Positions 43,448 to 52,987 of a DNA stretch of 64,000 nt are shown piece after piece. This DNA is from an uncultured Actinomycetes bacterium (lineage in GTDB: Bacteria; Actinomycetota; Thermoleophilia; Solirubrobacterales; Solirubrobacteraceae), in assembly GCA_963786575.1 (NCBI GenBank), contig CAWAZH010000006.1, forward strand, positions 21,993-85,992. The letters are read 5' to 3'. Position numbers and translations under genes: made by a program. A model generated the notes under the pieces. The model did no database searches, had not been told where the DNA came from, and was given only the letters and a program-made list of their open reading frames with translations. Each line of letters opens with the position of its first letter. Positions within the stretch are counted from its first letter, which is position 1.

Positions 43448-44686
43448 GTGAGCGACGCGCCGGGTCCCGCAGCGCCCGCCGACCAGGCGGGTCTCGCGCA
43501 TGTCGCCACCGCGTCGTTCCTCTCCTCGCGCGTCGTGCCGACCGGCGGCTTCGCGGTCGCGCTGGCCGGCGGCGTGGCGCTCGCGCGGGCGGCCCAGTGC
43601 GCCGGCGCGCGCACCGGGTACGGCGCGAGCCTCGCCGCGATGCTGCAGACGATCGCCGTCATGGGCCCGGCGCGCATCGGGATCCCGCTGACGCAGGCCG
43701 TGTCGGCGCCGTGGCTCGGGCGGCTGCACGCGCGCCGCGCCGCCTTCGTGACGCAGCTCGCCGCCTGCGCGTTCGTGCGCGCCACCGACCAACTCGTCAC
43801 GACGGCCTTCTACATCTGGATCATCCTCGGCGGGCTCGACGTCTACGCGGGGACCTACGACGCGCTGCTCGGCAGGCTGCCGGTTCCGCCGGGCGCGGCG
43901 GGCGCGCTGCTGGTCACCGTCGCCGGCCTGCTGGCGTGGACGGTCTTCGCGAGCGTCGTGCAGGTCGCGGTCTATCGCCGCGGGCTGCTGGGATGGCCGG
44001 ACGCGCGAGCCGCCGAGAGCGCCGTGCGCGAGGCTCCGGCGGACGGGCCGGCGCAGCGCCCGCGCTTCGATCCCCGCGCCGTCGCGGTCTGCGCGATCGT
44101 CGCCTTCGCCGTGCTCCTGGCCAGCACCGCGTGGGCGGTCCTCGCCGCCGTGACGGCCTGGCTCGCGATCGCCTGGGCGACCGCGCGCGGGGACCGCGAG
44201 CCGATCCGCGCCGGCCTGGCGCTCGCCGCCACGCTGGCGATCGGCGCGCTCGCCTTCGGCCTCGTGAGCGGCGCGGGCCTCGACATCACGTTGCAGCGCA
44301 CCGCGCGCGCCGCGCTGCTCGTCCTCGTCGCGACCTGGCTGCGCGCGGCGGCCGGCGAGGACGGGCTGCGCGAGGTCGCGCGCCGCGGGCTGCAGCGCCT
44401 GCACTGGCTGCCCGCCGCCGACGAGGCCGCGGCGATCCTCGAGCGCCTCGGCGCTCGCGGCGGCCTGGCGGCCTCCGGCAGGGCGCTCGTGGAGACCGTC
44501 CGCCACGTGCCGCGCAAGGCGGCGCCGCTCGCGTCCGCGGTCCTGCTGTGGATCGCCGCCGAGGCCGCCCGCTACGCGCCCGCGACGGGCGTCGCGCCGG
44601 CCGTGCTGCGCACGCGCACGCACGACCGCGCGCTCGTCGCGCTGGTGGTCGCCGCGGCCGCGACGCTGGCGCTGCCGGTGGGCTAG
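43448..44686 (+). CDS. hypothetical polytopic membrane protein
   Basis: About 412 aa from GTG 43448. Multiple hydrophobic segments, G/C-ending codons. No family recognised. Confidence 0.55.
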   Translation: MSDAPGPAAPADQAGLAHVATASFLSSRVVPTGGFAVALAGGVALARAAQCAGARTGYGASLAAMLQTIAVMGPARIGIPLTQAVSAPWLGRLHARRAAFVTQLAACAFVRATDQLVTTAFYIWIILGGLDVYAGTYDALLGRLPVPPGAAGALLVTVAGLLAWTVFASVVQVAVYRRGLLGWPDARAAESAVREAPADGPAQRPRFDPRAVAVCAIVAFAVLLASTAWAVLAAVTAWLAIAWATARGDREPIRAGLALAATLAIGALAFGLVSGAGLDITLQRTARAALLVLVATWLRAAAGEDGLREVARRGLQRLHWLPAADEAAAILERLGARGGLAASGRALVETVRHVPRKAAPLASAVLLWIAAEAARYAPATGVAPAVLRTRTHDRALVALVVAAAATLALPVG

Positions 44687-46114
44687 TCAGCCCGCGACCG
44701 CGTCGGCGGCGTTGACCTCGCTGCGCAGCGCGGGCGCCCTGGCCGGAAGCCAGCGCCACGCGACGACGGCGCCCAATGCCGCCACGAGCGCCAGGACGAT
44801 CGACGCGCGCGACATCGCATGGACGAATGCCTCGCGCGCCGCGCCGGTCCCGACGGCCGCGCCGAGCGACGCCACGATGCTGCCCACGACGGCGACGCCG
44901 AGTGCGCCGCCGAGCTCGCGCGTCGTGTCGTTGACGGCCGCGCCGATGTTGGCGCGTGCAGGCGGCAGCGACCCCATGATCGACTCCGTCGCCGGCGCCC
45001 CCGCCAGCCCCATCCCGGCGCCCATGAGGACCAGGGCGACCGCGAGCCGCCCGTAGCCCGCGCTCGTCTCGACCGTCGACGCGACGGCAAGGCCGGTCGC
45101 GAAGAGCGCCATGCCCGTGGTGGCGACGCCCTTGGTGCCGAAGCGGGTCACGAGCATCGACGACAGCGGCGCGCACACGATCATCGCTCCGGCGTAGGGC
45201 AGGATCCGCACCCCCGCGGCCGACGGCGAGAAGCCCAGGACGAACTGCAGGTACTGCGTCGACAGGAAGAGGAACCCGAAGAGCGCGAAGAACAGCACCA
45301 TGACCGTGCCGCTCGCCGCGCTGAAGCGGGCGTCCCTGAACAGGCGGACGTCGAGCAGCGGCTCCGCGACGCGCCGCTGCCACACGACGAACCCGGCCAG
45401 CGCGATCGCGGCGAGCACGATCGCGGCCAGCACGGGGACGGAGGTCCAGCCCTTCGACGGCGCCTCGATGACCGCCCAGACGAGGGCGACGAGGCCGGCG
45501 CCGGACAGTCCCGCGCCCGTCCAGTCGATCCGCCGCGTCACGGGATCGCGCGACTCGGGGAGCAGCCGCAGCCCGGCGACGACCGCGATCGCGGTCAGCG
45601 GGACGTTGACGATGAAGATCGACCCCCACCAGAAGCGGTCGAGCAGCAGGCCGCCGACCACCGGGCCGAGCGCGACCCCGAGCCCGGCGGTCGCGGCCCA
45701 CAGGCCGATCGCCGTGGCGCGCTCGCGGGGGTCGGTGAAGACGCCGATCACCAGCGAGAGCGTCGCCGGCATGATCAGCGCGGCGCCGGCGCCCATCACC
45801 GCGCGGGCGAGGATCAGCCCGTCGACCCCGCCCGCGTAGGCGCTCCACGCCGAGGCGGCTCCGAACAGCGCGAGCCCGCAGAGCAGCATGCGCCGGCGCC
45901 CGAAGCGATCCCCGAGCGCACCGGCCAGCAGCAGCAGCCCGGCGAACACGAGCGTGTACGCGTCGACAACCCACTGCAGCTCGCTCAGGTCGGCGCCGAG
46001 GTCGCGTGCGAGCGTCGGGAGCGCGACGTTGACGATCGTGTTGTCGACGACGATCGCCAGCAGGCTCACGCACAGCACGCTCAGCGCCAGCCAGCGCCGG
46101 CGCGCGCCGCTCAC
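44687..46114 (-). CDS. MFS transporter, DHA2 (EmrB/QacA) family
   Basis: GTG 46114 overlaps the upstream stop (GTGA). VDNTIVNVALPTLARDLGA ... LGDRFGRRRML ... SIFIVNVPL. Confidence 0.88.
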   Translation of the reverse strand: MSGARRRWLALSVLCVSLLAIVVDNTIVNVALPTLARDLGADLSELQWVVDAYTLVFAGLLLLAGALGDRFGRRRMLLCGLALFGAASAWSAYAGGVDGLILARAVMGAGAALIMPATLSLVIGVFTDPRERATAIGLWAATAGLGVALGPVVGGLLLDRFWWGSIFIVNVPLTAIAVVAGLRLLPESRDPVTRRIDWTGAGLSGAGLVALVWAVIEAPSKGWTSVPVLAAIVLAAIALAGFVVWQRRVAEPLLDVRLFRDARFSAASGTVMVLFFALFGFLFLSTQYLQFVLGFSPSAAGVRILPYAGAMIVCAPLSSMLVTRFGTKGVATTGMALFATGLAVASTVETSAGYGRLAVALVLMGAGMGLAGAPATESIMGSLPPARANIGAAVNDTTRELGGALGVAVVGSIVASLGAAVGTGAAREAFVHAMSRASIVLALVAALGAVVAWRWLPARAPALRSEVNAADAVAG

Positions 46115-46821
46115 GAGGTCACCGGCGCCGAGCTCCTCGCGGAGAGGCCGGCGCCGGCGCGGCGCTCGTGGACGAGGATCACGACCGCGAAGGCGATCAG
46201 CCACACGCACCACAGCACGTACCCGACGAAGTTCGCGGTGTCGACGGCGGGCAGCCCGAGCGGCGAGAGGACTCCGGCGACGACGAGCCCCGCGGCCACG
46301 GCGCCCAGCGCCGGGAACCAGCGTCCCGCGTAGCGGCGCCCGAGCGCGGCGATGACGAGCACCGTCCAGGCGGCCGTCAGCAGGTACCCGAGCGTCTCTC
46401 CGATCGCCGTGCCGAGGATGTCGCTCGCGGTCGTGAACGAGTCGCGCGCGGCCGCCGCGACGCCGGGGTCGGCGCTCGCGGCATCCGACGCGTAGCCGGG
46501 CACGAGGAGCGGCCAGCGCGACAGGCCGACGACCTGCACGACGGCCGCCGCGATGCCGACCGGCACCGCGATCCGCATCAGGCGGCTGGACGACAGGCGC
46601 CCGACGCCGATCGCCATCGGAGCGAACAGGGCGGCGGACAGCGCGAGGACCGAGAACCACCCGCTGACGGCGCCCTGGTTGTCACGGAAGTCCGCGAGCA
46701 CCTGGCCCGCGGGCTCGTCGAGCACGTCGGGGTAGTTGAAGATCGAGCCGAGGGCCGTGAAGCCCACGTTGGCCAGGACGGCCGCGAGGATCAGCAGGAA
46801 TGCGGTGAGCTTGAGGTTCAT
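46111..46821 (-). CDS. DUF4386 domain-containing membrane protein
   Basis: 236 aa with 6 TM helices. N-terminal region MNLKLTAFLLILAAVLANVGFTALGSIFNYPDVL is typical of DUF4386. Confidence 0.75.
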   Translation of the reverse strand: MNLKLTAFLLILAAVLANVGFTALGSIFNYPDVLDEPAGQVLADFRDNQGAVSGWFSVLALSAALFAPMAIGVGRLSSSRLMRIAVPVGIAAAVVQVVGLSRWPLLVPGYASDAASADPGVAAAARDSFTTASDILGTAIGETLGYLLTAAWTVLVIAALGRRYAGRWFPALGAVAAGLVVAGVLSPLGLPAVDTANFVGYVLWCVWLIAFAVVILVHERRAGAGLSARSSAPVTS

Positions 46822-47168
46822 GTGAGCTCCTGGTCGGTGGTGGTTGTGCGGTGACTCGCGCCGGCGATCCAGGCGACGAGGACGTTGTCGGGGTGGTCGA
46901 CGAGGTGGTCGCGGGCGAGGGCGTCGACGAGCTCGCGATCGCCGCGCAGGTGCGCGGTTGCGATCGCCACGAGCTGGCGGTCGCGGGTGGTCGCCGCGAC
47001 GCCCTGGGCGCGGGCCACGAGGCCCGCTCCGTCGGGAGCGAACAGCGCGGCCGCGACGAGGATCAGCGGGTCGTCGCTGGTCCGCGACGCCGCGACGATC
47101 GCCGCGATCGCCGCGGCGTCGCCGACGACGAGTTGGTGCAGCAGCTGCTCGGCGGGCGTCGGTGGCAT
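46818..47168 (-). CDS. hypothetical helical protein, first gene of the operon divergent from the SARP gene
   Basis: ATG 47168. The 116-aa product is Ala/Leu-rich. Its stop overlaps the next start (ATGA). It is the C-terminal tail of track ORF 46818..49307, whose upstream part is antisense shadow. Confidence 0.55.
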   Translation of the reverse strand: MPPTPAEQLLHQLVVGDAAAIAAIVAASRTSDDPLILVAAALFAPDGAGLVARAQGVAATTRDRQLVAIATAHLRGDRELVDALARDHLVDHPDNVLVAWIAGASHRTTTTDQELT

Positions 47169-47189
47169 GGGGCCCAGCGTCGACGTCGC

Positions 47190-47240
47190 CGCTGACACGG
47201 CGCTGACACCCCGCTGACCGTTCCCGGCCGCCCGTAGACT
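47190..47240 (+). promoter_or_regulatory. three direct repeats CGCTGAC(A/C)(C/G) at exact 11-bp spacing (candidate SARP boxes) plus a TAGACT -10-like hexamer
   Basis: CGCTGACAC at 47190 and 47201, and CGCTGACCG at 47212. TAGACT at 47235-47240 lies 6 nt before the GTG start of the SARP gene, which would give a leaderless-type layout. The third repeat sits where a -35 element would be. Confidence 0.5.
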
Positions 47241-47246
47241 CGTTCG

Positions 47247-50246
47247 GTGTTCCAGGTCTCGGTGCTGGGCCCCGTGGAGGTCAGATGCGATGGCCTGCTC
47301 GTGCCCGTGCCGGGCGGCAAGACCGCGGAGCTGCTGGTGCGCCTGGCGCTCGACGCGAGCCTGTTCGTGCGCACCGACCGGCTCGTCGAGGACCTGTGGG
47401 CCGCCGACGCCGTCAACACGCGACCCAACACGCTGCAGTCGAAGGTCGCCAGGCTGCGCCGGGCGCTCGGCGATCCGCTGCTGATCGTGAGCGGCGAGGG
47501 CGGCTACAAGCTTGCGGTCGACCCGTCGTCGATCGACGCGCTCGCCGTGCTGCGCGACAGCGCCCGCGCGGACGCGCTGCTCGAGGCCGGCGACGACCGC
47601 GGCGCCGCCGAGCTGAGCGCGGCCACGCTGGACCTGTACCGCGGGGACGTGCTGCCGGCGGCCGGCGACTGGGCCGGTCCGCAGCGGGCGCGGCTCGAGG
47701 AGGCGCGCATGAAGCTGATCGAGACCCGCTCCGCGGCGCGCTTGCGGCTCGGCGACCCCGGCGACGTGATCGGCGAGCTGGAGTCGGCCGTGGCGGCGTA
47801 TCCGTACCAGGAGCGCCTGTGGGAGCTGCTGATCACGGCCCTGTACCGGGCCGGTCGCCAGGCCGACGCGCTGGCGGCCTACCGGCGCGTGCGCAGCGGG
47901 CTGGCGGACGACCTCGGCCTCGCTGCCGGGCCGCGGCTGCGCGAGCTCGAGCGCCAGGTCCTCGAGCAGGCACCGGCGCTGCGCGGCCCCGCGGCCGGAA
48001 ACCTGCCCTCGTTGTCGGCCGAACTCGTCGGCCGCGAGGCGGAGATCGCCGCCCTCTGCGACCTCCTCGATCGGGCGCGGCTCGTCGAGATCGTCGGCAC
48101 CGGTGGGATCGGCAAGACGGCGATCGCGATCGCCGCCGGCCGGCGACTGACCGCGCCGGGCGGCGTCTGGCTGGCTCGCCTGGAGACGGCGACGACGGCC
48201 CACGAGGTGCTCGACGCACTGATCGCCGCGATGCGCGTCACGGGCGGCGAGCCGGCGCTGCTGGGGCGCCTGCAGGGTGCCGCGGCGGTCGTGATCCTCG
48301 ACAACTGCGAGCACGTCGTCGACGACGCCGCGCAGCTCGCCGCCCGCCTCCTCGACGCCGCGCCCGGGCTGCGGATCCTGTGCACGAGCCAGGCGCCGCT
48401 GGACGTCGAGGGCGAGATCGTGTTCGAGCTCGGGCCGCTGGCGCTCGCCGACGCGGTGGAGCTGTTCGCCCGTCGCGCCCGGCGCAGCGATCAGCCCGAG
48501 GACGCGGTGCACGAGCTGTGCCGCTCGCTCGACGGCCTGCCGCTGGCGATCGAGCTCGCGGCGGCGCGCACGAAGACGCTGTCGATCCAGGAGATCACGC
48601 GACGCCTCGACGACCGCTTCAGCGTGCTGAGCGACCCGGCCAGCCGCAGGCCGCAGCGCCGCCGGGCGCTGAAGGCGACGATCCGGTGGAGCTATGAGCT
48701 GCTGTTCCCCGACGACCAGCGCGGCCTGTGGGCGCTCGCGACGTTCGCCGGCGGAGCCCCCCTGCCGGCGGTCGAGTCGGTCCTCGCCGCGCTCGACGTG
48801 CCGGCCGCCGCCGCGATCGACGTGGTCGGGCGGCTGGCGAGCCGCTCGCTCGTCATCGTCGACGACGAGGACGCGTCGGGGCGCGTCCGCTACCGGCTGC
48901 TGGACAGCATCCGCGCCTACGCGCTGGAGGCGATGACCGACGCCGGGCCGGCCGAGCGCGCGCGCGCCGCGCATGCCGCCTGGTTCGCCGCAGCGGCCGC
49001 GTCCTCGACGCAGGGGGTGCGCAGCGCCGACCAGGCCGGGCACCTCGCGTTCGCCCGGGCCGAGCGCGCCAACATCGATGCCGCGCTGGCCTGGAGCGCG
49101 GCGCACGACCCGCTGCTCGGGCTGCGGATCGTCAACGGCTTCGGCTGGGCCTGGATCGTCCTCGGCGACAGCCGCGGCGCGCAGCGGGTCCTGGCGGCAC
49201 TCGACGCCGCCGGCGACGCGGCGCCGATCCCCGGCCGGGCGAGCGCCCTGCTGCTCGCTGGGTGGATGAAGGCCTCGACGGGCGACCTCGGGCCGGCCCG
49301 CGAGCACATCGTCGCGGCCGCCGAGCTGGCCGAGGCGATCGGCGACGTCGACCTGCAGGCGCGCTGCTCGTACTACCTCGCCTACGTCGTGTCACATCAC
49401 GGCGAGTTCGCGCGCGCGCTGGAGCTGACCGACCGCAGCAACGCGCTCTACGACGGGCTCGACCGCCCCTGGGACCAGGCCGCGAACTGGCTGTTCGCGG
49501 CCAGGGCCGCGATCTCGGCCCGTGACCGGGTGCGCGCCACGCACGCGCGCGACCAGGTGCAGCACTGGCTACAGGCCGTCGACGACCCGTGGCTGCACGT
49601 CCGCCGCGAGGCCATGCTCGGCGAGCTCGCGCGCCTCGAGCACCGCTTCGACGAAGCCGTCCACCACATCGGTGTTGCGGCGAGCACCTCCGGGCGGCTC
49701 GGCTTCCTGCAGACGGAGGCCTATCAGTGCTTCAGCCTCGGGCGGGCGCAGTGGCAGGCCGGCGACCACGCGACCGGCGCGGCGACGCTGGCGCTCGCGA
49801 TCGAGAAGGCCGAGGCGACCGGCGACGTGCGCATGGCGGCGCTCGGCCGGGTGCATCTCGGGCGCGTCCTGCGCGCGCTGGGGCGGATCGCGCCGGCGCG
49901 GGCGGCGCTCGAGGCGGCGACGGCGTGGCACCGCGCCGCCGGCGGTGGCGAGCAGGCCGCGCTCGGCGAGTGCCTGCTGGCGGCGCTCGACGCCGAGGAT
50001 CAGGTCGCAGGCGCCGAGCAGCGGCTCGTCGCGCTCCTCGATGCGGCCCGCCTCGCCGGCGACGCGCCCGTCGAGGTCTTCGCCGCCGACGCGCTCGCCC
50101 GCCTCGCGGCCGGACGCGGCGAGCTCGCCGCGGCGCAGGAGCTGCGGGAGGCGGCCGACCGGCGCATGGAGACCGCGTCGCATGTCATCACGGCGCTCGA
50201 CCGGGCCGACGCTGGTGCGCCACCACGAAGGCCAGCAGCCCGCTGA
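47247..50246 (+). CDS. AfsR/SARP family transcriptional regulator (OmpR-type wHTH + BTAD + NB-ARC/P-loop ATPase + TPR)
   Basis: 999 aa. VSVLGPVEVRCDG...GGKTAELLVRLAL (wHTH). BTAD region (YPYQERLWELLITALYRAGRQADALAAYRRVRSGLADDLGLAAGPRLRELE). Walker A is GTGGIGKT. TPR-like C-terminal half. Confidence 0.92.
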   Translation: MFQVSVLGPVEVRCDGLLVPVPGGKTAELLVRLALDASLFVRTDRLVEDLWAADAVNTRPNTLQSKVARLRRALGDPLLIVSGEGGYKLAVDPSSIDALAVLRDSARADALLEAGDDRGAAELSAATLDLYRGDVLPAAGDWAGPQRARLEEARMKLIETRSAARLRLGDPGDVIGELESAVAAYPYQERLWELLITALYRAGRQADALAAYRRVRSGLADDLGLAAGPRLRELERQVLEQAPALRGPAAGNLPSLSAELVGREAEIAALCDLLDRARLVEIVGTGGIGKTAIAIAAGRRLTAPGGVWLARLETATTAHEVLDALIAAMRVTGGEPALLGRLQGAAAVVILDNCEHVVDDAAQLAARLLDAAPGLRILCTSQAPLDVEGEIVFELGPLALADAVELFARRARRSDQPEDAVHELCRSLDGLPLAIELAAARTKTLSIQEITRRLDDRFSVLSDPASRRPQRRRALKATIRWSYELLFPDDQRGLWALATFAGGAPLPAVESVLAALDVPAAAAIDVVGRLASRSLVIVDDEDASGRVRYRLLDSIRAYALEAMTDAGPAERARAAHAAWFAAAAASSTQGVRSADQAGHLAFARAERANIDAALAWSAAHDPLLGLRIVNGFGWAWIVLGDSRGAQRVLAALDAAGDAAPIPGRASALLLAGWMKASTGDLGPAREHIVAAAELAEAIGDVDLQARCSYYLAYVVSHHGEFARALELTDRSNALYDGLDRPWDQAANWLFAARAAISARDRVRATHARDQVQHWLQAVDDPWLHVRREAMLGELARLEHRFDEAVHHIGVAASTSGRLGFLQTEAYQCFSLGRAQWQAGDHATGAATLALAIEKAEATGDVRMAALGRVHLGRVLRALGRIAPARAALEAATAWHRAAGGGEQAALGECLLAALDAEDQVAGAEQRLVALLDAARLAGDAPVEVFAADALARLAAGRGELAAAQELREAADRRMETASHVITALDRADAGAPPRRPAAR

Positions 50247-51096
50247 CGACGATCGCGATGCCGGCGATCTGGCGGTGGTTGACCACCTCGCCCAGGATCA
50301 GGAACGACCACACGACGGCGAGCGCGGGCTGCGCCACCTGCGCGATCGCGATCGTGCCGATCTGGATCGACTTCTGCGCGAACACCAGCAGGCCCTGGGC
50401 GGCGACGCCGCTCGTGAACGTCAGGATCAGCATGTAGGTCCAGCCGGTGGCGCTCATCCCGAAGACGTCGCCGTGGGCGATCGCCAGCGGCAGCACCGCC
50501 ACCGCCGCGATCGGGCAGATCGTCGACATGAACGTCGTGACGTCCATGTCGCGGCGGAAGTGCTTCGTCGCCGCGACGTAGGCCACGAGCAGCAGCATCG
50601 CGAGCAGGCCGAACGCGTTGCCCTCCAGCGAGGCGTCGCCGTTGGGCGGGGCGCTGAACAGCACGATGCCGACGCCGCCGAACGCGACGCCTGCGAAGAC
50701 GAGCGCACGCGGGTTGATGTACTCCCGGAACAGCCAGGCGCCGACCGGCACGATGAGAAACGGGGCCAGCGATCCGATCAGCGCGGCGTTGGCGACGCTG
50801 TTGTGCGTCGCCCCGGCGAAGAACACGGCGAGGTTCAGCCCGAAGAAGATCCCCGGCACGAACACCTGGCGGACGTTGCCCATCGTGATCCGCCGGCCCG
50901 TGCTCAGGAGCACGAGGTTCCAGACGACGGTGACGGTGACCATTCGCCAGAACGCGACGAGGACGCCGGGCGACTCCGCGCGCTTGACGAGCGTCGAGCT
51001 GAGCGAGAAGGCGATCACCATCCCGACGACCGCGAGCACCCCGAACGTCCTCGCGCTCACCGCGGGCGTTCGCTGCGGTGAAGCCACGACTGTCAC
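50188..51096 (-). CDS. DMT superfamily (EamA-like) transporter
   Basis: 302 aa with 10 TM helices in two EamA-like halves. The 3' end overlaps the SARP gene end by 59 nt. Confidence 0.8.
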   Translation of the reverse strand: MTVVASPQRTPAVSARTFGVLAVVGMVIAFSLSSTLVKRAESPGVLVAFWRMVTVTVVWNLVLLSTGRRITMGNVRQVFVPGIFFGLNLAVFFAGATHNSVANAALIGSLAPFLIVPVGAWLFREYINPRALVFAGVAFGGVGIVLFSAPPNGDASLEGNAFGLLAMLLLVAYVAATKHFRRDMDVTTFMSTICPIAAVAVLPLAIAHGDVFGMSATGWTYMLILTFTSGVAAQGLLVFAQKSIQIGTIAIAQVAQPALAVVWSFLILGEVVNHRQIAGIAIVVSGLLAFVVAHQRRPGRAP

Positions 51097-51155
51097 GCCC
51101 GTCCCACAGTACGCGCGGGCGCGGGCCCGCGCCGGTCAGTTCCTACAATCCGGCG

Positions 51156-51581
51156 ATGTCATCGACCGCGTTCGAACCCCTCACCGCCGGCTGCGGCTGC
51201 GGCGCCGTGCGCCTCGAGGTCCGCGCCGAGCCCGTGGGCGCGCTCTACTGCCACTGCACCCGCTGCCAGCGCCGCTCGGGCACCGCGGCCTCGGCCAGCG
51301 CGCGCGTGCAGCCGGACTCCGTCGTCGTCACCGCGGGCGAGGAGCACCTGCGCGGATGGACGCCGGCCGGCGGCAGGGAGAAGGTCTTCTGCGCGCTGTG
51401 CGGCTCGGCGCTGCTGATCCGCGATCCCGAGACCGGCGCGATCGCGGGCGTCCGCCTCGGCGCCTTCGACGGCGATCCCGGCGTGCGGCCGAGCGCGCAC
51501 CAGTTCGTCGCCTACGCGGCGCCGTGGGAGCCGCTCCCCGACGACGGCCTGCCGCGCTACGACGAGCGAGTGCCGTCCTAG
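51156..51581 (+). CDS. GFA (glutathione-dependent formaldehyde-activating / CENP-V) family protein
   Basis: ATG 51156. Zinc-binding Cys pattern CGCG ... CHCTRCQRRSG ... CALCGS. Confidence 0.8.
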   Translation: MSSTAFEPLTAGCGCGAVRLEVRAEPVGALYCHCTRCQRRSGTAASASARVQPDSVVVTAGEEHLRGWTPAGGREKVFCALCGSALLIRDPETGAIAGVRLGAFDGDPGVRPSAHQFVAYAAPWEPLPDDGLPRYDERVPS

Positions 51582-52987
51582 CCGCAGCGCACGTAGACCG
51601 CGAACGGCCCTGAGCGCACGTCGGGCTCGCCCGCGGGCAGGACGTTGGCGGCGCGGCTGACGCCGTCGGCGCGGCCGAAGCGGCGCTCGAACTTGGCGTC
51701 GCCGGTGATGTACACGGCGACGGCGCCGGGCGCGGGGTCGGCGGCGCGCGAGCGCACGCGGCGCGCGTCCGCGTCGAGGATCCAGCGCGCGTCGGGGACG
51801 AGGCGATAGGTCGGGAACGTCAGCGGGCCGCAGCGCTCACCGGCGCGCACCTGCGGGTCGGCGAGCAGGGCCGAGACCTCGGCGTGCGTGCGGTCGATGA
51901 AGCGCAGCTCGTCGCGCAGCCGGTCGAAGCTCGCGGCCTTGACCGCGAAGAACGCGACCCCGACGACGAGCGCGCCGATCGCCGCGCGGCGCCAGCGCTC
52001 GCGCACCGGCCCCGCCGGCAGCGTCGTGAAGCCGAGGACCGCGTAGCCGGCGAGCAGGCACAGCGCCACCGCGGGGACCGTCAGGTAGCGCGGCAGGATC
52101 GCCAGGCCAGCGACGCCCGCGCCGGCGAACGTCAGCGCGCCCGCGCCCAGCAGCGCGAGCGGGACCGCCATCCGCTCGGCGCCGTGGCGGCGGACGGCGA
52201 GCACGAGGCCGATCACGCCCGCGGCCGCCACCGGCGGGCGCGCGACGTCGGCCAGGAACGTCACGAAGGCCGACGGCACGTGGCGCAGCCCGCGCTCGCG
52301 CCCGAGCGCCTCGGCGAGGCTGCTCGTCGCGTGCAGGCTGAAGAGCGGGTCGCCGGTCACGGCGAGGTCGACGAGCGCCCACACCAGCGGCGACACGACG
52401 ACGAGCGCGAGCAGCCCCAGCCGCGCGCGCCGATCGCGGCCCGGCAGGCACCAGAGCCAGTACAGGCCCGCGAGCACCCAGGCCTCCGGTCGCAGCAGTC
52501 CGGCCAGCGCGAGCAGTGCCATCGGCACCCAGGCGCGGCGTGGGCGCTGGACCTCGATCGCCGCCGCCCACACGACGAGCGCGAGGAACGGCACATCGAC
52601 GAACGCGCGCACGGCGTAGAGCAGGAAGGCGAAGCTCGACCCGACGAAGAACGCCGCCGCGACGCCCGGCCAGGTCCCGAACAGCCCGCGGCCGAGCACG
52701 TAGGTCCCGGCGGTCAGCGCGACGAGGCTCAGCACCGTGACGAGCACGAGCAGGCGGTCGGCGTCCTGGCCGGCGAGCGACAGCAGCGACGCGAGCGCGA
52801 GGTAGAGCGGATGCTGCGTCGGCGCGGCGAACGTCTCGAAGCCCGGCGCGGCGCCGCGCAGGAGGTCGCGGCCCCAGACGAGGTGCTCGTAGGCGTCGTA
52901 GTCGGGGTAGGTCGGCGCGAGCGCCCACAGCGCGACGGCCGCCAGCGCGAGCGCGGCAAGCGCCGCCCGCTCCTGGGCGCGCGTCAC
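51578..52987 (-). CDS. polytopic membrane glycosyltransferase (GT-C fold, ArnT/PMT-like)
   Basis: GTG 52987 overlaps the upstream stop (GTGA). About 10 TM helices with an acidic first loop (YPDYDAYEHLVWGRDLL) and a soluble C-terminal domain. Family-level call only. Confidence 0.6.
   Translation of the reverse strand: MTRAQERAALAALALAAVALWALAPTYPDYDAYEHLVWGRDLLRGAAPGFETFAAPTQHPLYLALASLLSLAGQDADRLLVLVTVLSLVALTAGTYVLGRGLFGTWPGVAAAFFVGSSFAFLLYAVRAFVDVPFLALVVWAAAIEVQRPRRAWVPMALLALAGLLRPEAWVLAGLYWLWCLPGRDRRARLGLLALVVVSPLVWALVDLAVTGDPLFSLHATSSLAEALGRERGLRHVPSAFVTFLADVARPPVAAAGVIGLVLAVRRHGAERMAVPLALLGAGALTFAGAGVAGLAILPRYLTVPAVALCLLAGYAVLGFTTLPAGPVRERWRRAAIGALVVGVAFFAVKAASFDRLRDELRFIDRTHAEVSALLADPQVRAGERCGPLTFPTYRLVPDARWILDADARRVRSRAADPAPGAVAVYITGDAKFERRFGRADGVSRAANVLPAGEPDVRSGPFAVYVRCG

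Noticed and set aside
47247-50246. The NB-ARC/TPR STAND protein as an Avs-like antiphage sensor.
   Set aside because: The N-terminal effector is a standard OmpR-type wHTH plus BTAD DNA-binding module, with cognate-looking direct repeats upstream. This is the AfsR/SARP transcription-factor architecture, with no nuclease or other toxic effector domain.
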